A stretch of DNA of 23,394 bases. Origin: an uncultured Fidelibacterota bacterium. GTDB lineage: Bacteria > Fidelibacterota > Marinisomatia > Marinisomatales > UBA1611. The notes beneath the pieces are model-generated. The model did no database searches and was not told where the DNA came from. It saw only the letters and a list, made by a program, of their open reading frames with translations. The translations under genes and the position numbers were made by a program. Shown here piece after piece: positions 17,608-23,394 of the stretch; the first letter of the stretch is position 1; each line of letters starts with the position of its first letter. The stretch lies in the NCBI GenBank assembly GCA_913040915.1, contig CAJWHW010000029.1:1-23394 (forward strand). The letters are read 5' to 3'.

Positions 17608-18948
17608 ATGCCAAAAATAGATTTCCTTCCTGATAATAAGAGCCTTGAAATAGAGCCAGGCGAAACAATTCTTCAGACTGCTGCAAGAAATGGTATCCCG
17701 CATGTCAATGCTTGTGGTGGAGAAGGAAAATGTACTACTTGCAGACTTCTAATACTGGACGGAATTGATAACTGCTCATCTGAAACTGAAAAAGAATTAT
17801 CCCTTAAGAAAAAAGCGCACACCACTGAGGAATTTAGATTAGCATGCCAAACAACCATTACAGGTGATGTAACAGTTAGAAGGCTAGTATTAAATAAGGA
17901 AGATATTGAATCAGTGTCAGAAAGAAGTGTTTCCGGGAGGTTAGGGGAAACTAAGAGAATTGCTATTCTATTCAGTGATATAAGAGGTTTTACTCCGTTT
18001 TCAGAGAAATTAACTCCTTACGATGTTGTATTTATTTTAAACAGATATTTTAACAGGATGGTAAAGGCTGTAGAGAGTAACTATGGTACGGTAGATAATT
18101 ATATTGGTGATGGTATGGTTGCGATATTTGGTTTACATGATGAGGAAAACCCGGCAAAACATGCAGTAAAATCCGCCTTGGATATGTGCGATGAAATGGA
18201 TGACATGAAGCCATATTTAACAACTATGTATGGTAAAGATTTTGATATTGGTGTGGGGATTCACTGGGGTGAAGCAGTAGTGGGTGATATAGGAGCAGGG
18301 GAATCAAAACGACTAACTGCAATTGGTGATGCAATGAATTTTGCTAGTCGTGTTGAGTCTGCCAATAAACAATTTCAATCAAGGGTACTTATTTCAGAAG
18401 AAACACATGAAGAAATAAAAGATTCTTTAGTCATCAAGGATTTTATGCGCACCAATCTGCCTGGAATTGAAGGCCGTGTTACACTTTATGAAATAGAAGA
18501 TATAAATTTTGCAACAAATGAAGAAATAGACAATGAGGTTCTTGAAGGTAATATTTTCTGGAAAAAATGCTCTGAAGTAGATTCATTTGAAAATGAACCG
18601 CAACAGGTATTTAAAATAAAAAGGGAAGATATTTTGGTAGTAAAAGTTGAAGGTAACTTTTTTGCTCTCAATGATAAATGTCCTCATGCATATCTCAGTC
18701 TCCAAGGCAGCGATATTGATATAAAAAATGAGACTATCGCATGCCGGTGGCATAAAAGTTCATTCTGCTATAAGACAGGTGAAGTAAAAGAATGGATGAA
18801 AATAAGTAATTTCCAGAAAGTTTTGGGTAAAATGGGACTCAATGCAGAAGCAAAAGAAATTTCTCAGATGGAACGTATTCCAGTTGACATCTATAATACA
18901 AAACAGGAAGATGGATTTATTTGGGTTGGTATAGAATCGAATAATTAA
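17608..18948 (+). CDS. Soluble fusion: [2Fe-2S] ferredoxin + class III adenylate/guanylate cyclase + Rieske [2Fe-2S] domain
   Basis: N-terminus CGGEGKCTTC...RLACQ. Cyclase: ILFSDIRGFT, DNYIGDG, GIHWG, TAIGDAMNFASRVE. C-terminus (from 18541): CPH-x18-CRWH. No transmembrane segment. Confidence 0.92.
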   Translation: MPKIDFLPDNKSLEIEPGETILQTAARNGIPHVNACGGEGKCTTCRLLILDGIDNCSSETEKELSLKKKAHTTEEFRLACQTTITGDVTVRRLVLNKEDIESVSERSVSGRLGETKRIAILFSDIRGFTPFSEKLTPYDVVFILNRYFNRMVKAVESNYGTVDNYIGDGMVAIFGLHDEENPAKHAVKSALDMCDEMDDMKPYLTTMYGKDFDIGVGIHWGEAVVGDIGAGESKRLTAIGDAMNFASRVESANKQFQSRVLISEETHEEIKDSLVIKDFMRTNLPGIEGRVTLYEIEDINFATNEEIDNEVLEGNIFWKKCSEVDSFENEPQQVFKIKREDILVVKVEGNFFALNDKCPHAYLSLQGSDIDIKNETIACRWHKSSFCYKTGEVKEWMKISNFQKVLGKMGLNAEAKEISQMERIPVDIYNTKQEDGFIWVGIESNN

Positions 18949-18964
18949 ATAAATAGGAAAAAAT

Positions 18965-19381
18965 ATGCTTGAAAACAATATTGAATGGACAAAGTTATTA
19001 GATGTAAATAGTTTTGATGAGAACCCTCAGCAATTGGTAAAAGTGAAGAGAGACGACATTCTAATCATCAAAGATGATAGTGGTTTTCATGCAATCAATA
19101 ACAGGTGTCCTCATCTGGGTTTAGCTTTGGATCTGGGAGGGTGTGATTTGAAAGAAAAAACTATTCATTGCAAATTCCATTCAAGTGATTTTTCCTATCA
19201 AACAGGAGAAGTAAAGGAATGGTTAAATGTAAAAGGGTTTGAAAAATTTATGACGTGGTTATTCTCAAAATTTGACGCTGATGCAAAAAAAATGATGACT
19301 ATGGACCCTAAACCAGTAGAAACCTTTCTTACTAAAGTTGAAGATGATTGTGTTTGGGTAGGAATTGATATGGGTGATTGA
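18965..19381 (+). CDS. Stand-alone Rieske-type [2Fe-2S] ferredoxin, paralog of the cyclase C-terminal domain
   Basis: CPH-x18-CKFH, then F-x-Y-x-TGEVKEW. Aligns end to end with residues 312-446 of the upstream cyclase. Confidence 0.92.
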   Translation: MLENNIEWTKLLDVNSFDENPQQLVKVKRDDILIIKDDSGFHAINNRCPHLGLALDLGGCDLKEKTIHCKFHSSDFSYQTGEVKEWLNVKGFEKFMTWLFSKFDADAKKMMTMDPKPVETFLTKVEDDCVWVGIDMGD

Positions 19382-19711
19382 ATGGGAGTAATTAGTTTTA
19401 AAAGTTATATTTACAAAGAAAATGAAAAAAGATACGAAAAAATACCAGTAAATCATGTCGGCAATGATATTGAGTATAAGCTGAATCCTCTGCGAAAAGA
19501 AAAGACAGGATCAGGCGGCAGGCTGATTGCTTTTAGAACCGTAAATTTAATTGGAGATATATTATATGATTGGTTACATGACTGGAAAATGATTGTTAAT
19601 AAAAGAGATGCAGTACGATATAAATACGGACAACAGTTACGACTATCTTTAGAACCTAAAAGAAATTCTTTAGCTCAGAAAGCCGGTTTAAGTTTGAGCT
19701 TTTATTTCTAA
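19382..19711 (+). CDS. Hypothetical protein, possibly a truncated remnant of an outer-membrane-associated protein
   Basis: 109-aa ORF filling the gap; no signal peptide; ends in an amphipathic strand with terminal Phe (AGLSLSFYF). Confidence 0.45.
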   Translation: MGVISFKSYIYKENEKRYEKIPVNHVGNDIEYKLNPLRKEKTGSGGRLIAFRTVNLIGDILYDWLHDWKMIVNKRDAVRYKYGQQLRLSLEPKRNSLAQKAGLSLSFYF

Positions 19712-19733
19712 ATTTTTTTCTATCTCAATTGAG

Positions 19734-20420
19734 ATGAAATGGTTATTTGTAATTCTCATTTTCAACTTGGTCTGTTCAGAACAAACGAACAATTTTGAAA
19801 TTCAGAGGAAAAAGATGGTAGAAGATCAAATTCAAAAACGGGGAGTAAGAGATCCATCTGTATTATCTGCTATGGCCAGGGTAGAAAGAGAAAAATTTGT
19901 CCCAGAACAATTTCGTGATATGGCTTATTCAGACGGGCCTTTGCCCATTGGTTATAAGCAGACGATTAGTCAACCTTATATTGTAGCTTATATGACTGAA
20001 CAACTTCAGTTAGATTCGAACCATAAAGTTTTAGAAATAGGTACCGGCTCTGGCTATCAGGCAGCGATTTTAGGTGAATTATCAGATGAGGTATATACAA
20101 TAGAGATCATTCCAGAATTAGGAAAAAGTTCCATTGATATTTTAGAGAAATTGAACTATAACAATATTTTTGTTCGAATAGGTGATGGCTATAAAGGCTG
20201 GCCGGAAGAAGCGCCATTCGATAGAATAATTGTTACTGCTGCACCAGGAAAAATTCCTGAAAAATTGGTTGAACAATTAGCAAATGGAGGGCAAATGATA
20301 ATTCCTGTTGGAGAATCAGTGTTTTCTCAATATCTATGGATTATAAAAAAGGATAATAAAGGAAATATAGGAAAAGAGAAAATTCTACCGGTCCGATTTG
20401 TTCCAATGGTCAAAGAATAG
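19734..20420 (+). CDS. pcm: Protein-L-isoaspartate O-methyltransferase
   Basis: REKFVP, AYSDGPLPIG, QTISQPYIVA, VLEIGTGSGYQAA, GDGYKGWPEEAPFDRIIVTAA, VRFVPM. Short hydrophobic N-terminal leader. Confidence 0.96.
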   Translation: MKWLFVILIFNLVCSEQTNNFEIQRKKMVEDQIQKRGVRDPSVLSAMARVEREKFVPEQFRDMAYSDGPLPIGYKQTISQPYIVAYMTEQLQLDSNHKVLEIGTGSGYQAAILGELSDEVYTIEIIPELGKSSIDILEKLNYNNIFVRIGDGYKGWPEEAPFDRIIVTAAPGKIPEKLVEQLANGGQMIIPVGESVFSQYLWIIKKDNKGNIGKEKILPVRFVPMVKE

Positions 20421-20499
20421 TATTAACATTTTTCATTTATTTCTGTAAAAACTTTTAATCCTAATTTTTGAACTTATATTTTAACATGGAGAACAAAAA

Positions 20500-20988
20500 A
20501 TGAAAAAAATATCCACTCATACCCTTAAAATAATTTTATTCCTTTCTTTTCTTTACCCGCATTGCCAAGTCCCTTGTGGAATATATGATGATGCTCTGAG
20601 AATTGTCCAAATGAAAGAAGATTTACTCACAATCCGTAAAGCAATGGGGGAGATAAATAGTCTTACAGAAAAGCAAGTAAATGGACAAGATATGAACCAA
20701 ATGATTCGCTGGGTAAATACAAAAGAAAACCATGCACAGCGAATACAGGTAACTGTTTCAGAATATTTTTTAACGCAAAGAATCAAATTTAAAGGTTATG
20801 GACAGGATGGTAGGAATAAATATATTCAGCAAACAACAAAGCTACATCAGTTGCTTGTCGCTGCGATGAAATGTCGTCAAAATTTAGATCAAATACATTG
20901 TGATAAGGCTCTGGAATTGATTGAACAATTTTCAAACCTTTATTTTGACGAGCATGGTCTAAAGCACTTAAAAGAATTAGAAAAATAA
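20500..20988 (+). CDS. sodN: Nickel superoxide dismutase precursor
   Basis: Ni-hook HCQVPCGIYD begins at residue 21 (nt 20560) after a 20-aa leader; NQMIRWVNTKENHA; helical bundle character; GGAG RBS upstream. Confidence 0.92.
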   Translation: MKKISTHTLKIILFLSFLYPHCQVPCGIYDDALRIVQMKEDLLTIRKAMGEINSLTEKQVNGQDMNQMIRWVNTKENHAQRIQVTVSEYFLTQRIKFKGYGQDGRNKYIQQTTKLHQLLVAAMKCRQNLDQIHCDKALELIEQFSNLYFDEHGLKHLKELEK

Positions 20989-21005
20989 GTAATCTAATTT
21001 TTAGT

Positions 21006-21506
21006 ATGCAAAAATGGGTTATAATTCTAGGCCTATCATTTTTCACTTTGAAGGCTCAGGGTCTTTGGTATGAAGATAATTTGAAAGAAATTGAAACTCT
21101 CAACCTTGAATTCAATCTTCATGGCTTAGAAGATAATGTTTGGGAAAAGCGAATTACCAATTTCATTGAATTGCGGATGTTGGAGCATGAAATACGAATG
21201 GTAAAAGAACAAATGCCAAAATTGATGGTTGATGTTCATATTATAGACTCTCGAGTGAAGGAGTCATCATCTTTTTTGGTTTCTTTTTCTATTCTTAATT
21301 ACAGTGTTTCTGAGCCCAATTATTACAAATCTTTGGCTGACACCCTGGTAACAAAAAAATTTATGACAAGTAAAATATTTTCACATGAAATCCTGGGCCA
21401 AACATCAAGTCAAAATCTTTACAGAGATACAGAAAGAGCCATCAATAAATTGATCTCATTTTTCCTAGATCAATGGTATAAAGACAACCCAATCAAGCAA
21501 TTTTAA
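21006..21506 (+). CDS. Exported hypothetical protein
   Basis: Signal peptide ending LKA|Q; alternating alpha/beta pattern; no family recognised. Confidence 0.7.
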   Translation: MQKWVIILGLSFFTLKAQGLWYEDNLKEIETLNLEFNLHGLEDNVWEKRITNFIELRMLEHEIRMVKEQMPKLMVDVHIIDSRVKESSSFLVSFSILNYSVSEPNYYKSLADTLVTKKFMTSKIFSHEILGQTSSQNLYRDTERAINKLISFFLDQWYKDNPIKQF

Positions 21507-21533
21507 CTTTTGTTATTTTTTTAACCTCACCCT

Positions 21534-21561
21534 TTGACAATTACCCCCAGTTATGTAATTT
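21534..21561 (+). promoter_or_regulatory. Putative sigma70-type promoter for the 21599 operon
   Basis: Perfect TTGACA at 21534-21539 and weak TAATTT at 21556-21561 (16-nt spacer), within a 92-nt intergenic gap. Confidence 0.4.
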
Positions 21562-21598
21562 TCTGGGAAAGGCAAAAATTAAACCCTTACTTACACAA

Positions 21599-22618
21599 AT
21601 GTTTTTGATCCGAGGCATAATCATTTTACACTTTGTGTGTTTCTGCTTTGCTTCAGAAAGCACAAGGAACATTTCTCTGACGACAGGCAATAAATTAGCT
21701 GTTTTAGAGTTTGAAGGGTGGTCTATCTCCGAGCCACTAACGAGGCATCTTACCGAAGAGTTTCGACAAACTGTACGGGAACTAAATATATATCAAGTCC
21801 AGGATCGGGGCATCACAAATCAATTCAACGTATATAAACCCAGGAAGAAGGATTACTGGTCCTGTTGGAGCGAAGAATGTGCAGTTGACTTAGGGCGACG
21901 TTTAAAAGTTAATTATATCATAGCGGGAAATATCCAGAAAAAAGGTGATGATGAATTTGTCATTAAGGGTCGATTATTTTCAGTTGATATGGAAACAATG
22001 ATGAATGAATTTGCCATGAACAGCTCCGGAATCACGGATAGTCTTCTTCTGGAAATGAAAAAAATGGCCTTCAGCGTTAGTGGTCTGCCTTTACCAGATA
22101 CACTATCGGTGGGAACAGATATGTCTGAAGTTGCTGCTTCTGATGATATTGAACGAAAACGGCAGTGGATACAACTCCCACCTATACCAAGTAAAATCAA
22201 AGCACTTTTAATGTCCACAGCATTACCGGGCAGTGGCCAAATTTGGGCAGCCCGAAAGTATCCTGGCTACGGGTTTATGGGCACCGAAGCAACTTTGGGA
22301 TTAGCTGCTCTAATTTCCTACTACCAATATGAAAAAGCCTGGGGTGGGTTTGATAAGAATTACGCTAAATATAAAACTGAAACAGATCCTCATGAATTGA
22401 TAGAGTTACGTCCGCAGATAATCCAATATGCATCTGACTCTAGAAAATATAATGCATTCATGAAAAACATACGAAGTGTTGGACTTTCTATATGGGTTGT
22501 AAATATGGTTCACGCTTATCTTGTAGCACCTGATGATGATTCTTTTGATAGTGATTATTTTTTTAATTTAGATTATAACCTTGATGGGAACCAAGTTCAG
22601 CTTAATTTTAATTTTTAA
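21599..22618 (+). CDS. Exported protein: TolB-N/CsgG-like N-domain plus DUF5683-like C-domain
   Basis: LAVLEFEG...LTEEFR...VQDR...CWSEECAVDLGRRLKVNYIIAGNI; KALLMSTALPGSGQIW; WVVNMVHAY; terminal strand QLNFNF. Confidence 0.72.
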   Translation: MFLIRGIIILHFVCFCFASESTRNISLTTGNKLAVLEFEGWSISEPLTRHLTEEFRQTVRELNIYQVQDRGITNQFNVYKPRKKDYWSCWSEECAVDLGRRLKVNYIIAGNIQKKGDDEFVIKGRLFSVDMETMMNEFAMNSSGITDSLLLEMKKMAFSVSGLPLPDTLSVGTDMSEVAASDDIERKRQWIQLPPIPSKIKALLMSTALPGSGQIWAARKYPGYGFMGTEATLGLAALISYYQYEKAWGGFDKNYAKYKTETDPHELIELRPQIIQYASDSRKYNAFMKNIRSVGLSIWVVNMVHAYLVAPDDDSFDSDYFFNLDYNLDGNQVQLNFNF

Positions 22619-22620
22619 AT

Positions 22621-23151
22621 ATGAAACTGCTTTTTGGTACAATCGTATTTTTATCAGTCCTGTTTTTGTCCTGTGAAGATGCAGAATATGATCTGAATAA
22701 TCCCAATGATCCTGAAAATATGGATTTGGATCCGCCGGCTCTTTTTTTCCACCCCGGTGAAATTAACACAAAACTTGATTCTTCATTCACTGTTCAACTT
22801 TATGGATTAAAGTTAGGACCAACAGCAGCATCACATTTAGATATTCGTTATGAAAGGAACAGTGTCCGAGTTGATTCTGTAATTGCAGATACATTTTTCC
22901 AAAATCTGAATGAGCCTTTTCAGGTAATCATTGATGATGAAGAGAACCTAGATATTTTTCTTTATTTATTACCGGATACACTTTCAGACCAAAATGAGGG
23001 CGGTACTTGGTCACTGGCAACTATTCATTTTACGGCGATTTCAACAGGTGGCTCAGAGCTCTTATATGGTGAAGATACTAGATTGAGAGATGCTAATAAT
23101 GATTCTGTTAGAATAAAAAGTTTTGGTACTGGATTTATTAATGTGGAATAA
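22621..23151 (+). CDS. Lipoprotein with a cohesin-like beta-sandwich domain
   Basis: Lipobox FLSC; NNPNDP linker; FTVQLY...LDIRYE...SLATIHFTAISTGGSEL...LRDANN cohesin-like pattern. Confidence 0.65.
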   Translation: MKLLFGTIVFLSVLFLSCEDAEYDLNNPNDPENMDLDPPALFFHPGEINTKLDSSFTVQLYGLKLGPTAASHLDIRYERNSVRVDSVIADTFFQNLNEPFQVIIDDEENLDIFLYLLPDTLSDQNEGGTWSLATIHFTAISTGGSELLYGEDTRLRDANNDSVRIKSFGTGFINVE

Positions 23152-23394
23152 ATCTGTACTGCTGTCATTGATCATTTCAGGTCTTATAGCTCAAAATAAT
23201 AGTTTTAATTTTCAGACCAATGGTCCAAACGAAGATTTTGTAACTATACAGCATGATGATGGAGATCCCCAAATCCGTCCGACTTCAGGTATGACACTGG
23301 AAGCATGGGTCAAACCAACAGAAGATCCAGCAGCTTATGACATGAATGGTATAATAAGTTATTTGACCCTTCAAGGTGCGACCACAGAATCTGG
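23141..23394 (+). CDS. Exported LamG-like jellyroll protein, 3'-truncated by the window edge (absent from the ORF track)
   Basis: ATG at 23141 overlaps the upstream stop; MWNKSVLLSLIISGLIA|QNNSFNF...SGMTLEAWVKP...; frame is open to the window end. TLEAWVKP is a LamG/concanavalin-like signature. Confidence 0.8.
   Translation, partial: MWNKSVLLSLIISGLIAQNNSFNFQTNGPNEDFVTIQHDDGDPQIRPTSGMTLEAWVKPTEDPAAYDMNGIISYLTLQGATTES

Noticed and set aside
17608..19381. Pycsar/CBASS-type antiphage system
   Set aside because: No cyclic-nucleotide-binding, TIR or transmembrane effector gene is adjacent; the partners are FeS proteins.
19379..19384. TGA read-through or selenocysteine fusing the Rieske gene to the in-frame 109-aa ORF
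   Set aside because: The paralogous domain ends at the same position with TAA, the TGA does not align with a Cys, and no SECIS-like hairpin is evident.
4623..22790. All minus-strand ORFs and the small nested + ORFs (5003, 8759)
   Set aside because: They lie within well-supported genes and have no recognisable motifs; shadow ORFs.
11118..23394. Genomic island integrated at tRNA-Val
   Set aside because: Genes become more accessory after the tRNA, but I saw no integrase, transposase or repeat of the tRNA 3' end in the window.

Overview
AT-rich, densely packed bacterial window. All credible genes lie on the + strand. The gene content and signal-peptide style suggest an FCB-superphylum organism, possibly marine Marinimicrobia-like (inference only). 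Left half (1-11.2 kb) is housekeeping: the 3' end of a YhhQ/VUT queuosine-precursor transporter, folE, a self-contained 2-oxoacid (probably branched-chain) dehydrogenase and lipoylation operon (lpdA-lipB-fused E1-E2-methyltransferase-lipA-hypothetical), lon with a sigma54-like promoter, and tRNA-Val(TAC). Right half is accessory. It holds a MORN-repeat protein, a three-gene exported module (Ig/FN3-like protein, secreted FecR-fold protein, large outer-membrane barrel), a PLP dehydratase, and a VOC protein. These are followed by a [2Fe-2S]-ferredoxin/class III nucleotide cyclase/Rieske triple fusion with a duplicated stand-alone Rieske paralog, then pcm, Ni-SOD, and a surface module (TolB-N/DUF5683-like protein, cohesin-like lipoprotein, LamG protein). 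The best candidates for undescribed systems are the double-FeS cyclase plus Rieske partner and the barrel/FecR/Ig module. All family calls come from motif recognition, not database searches.
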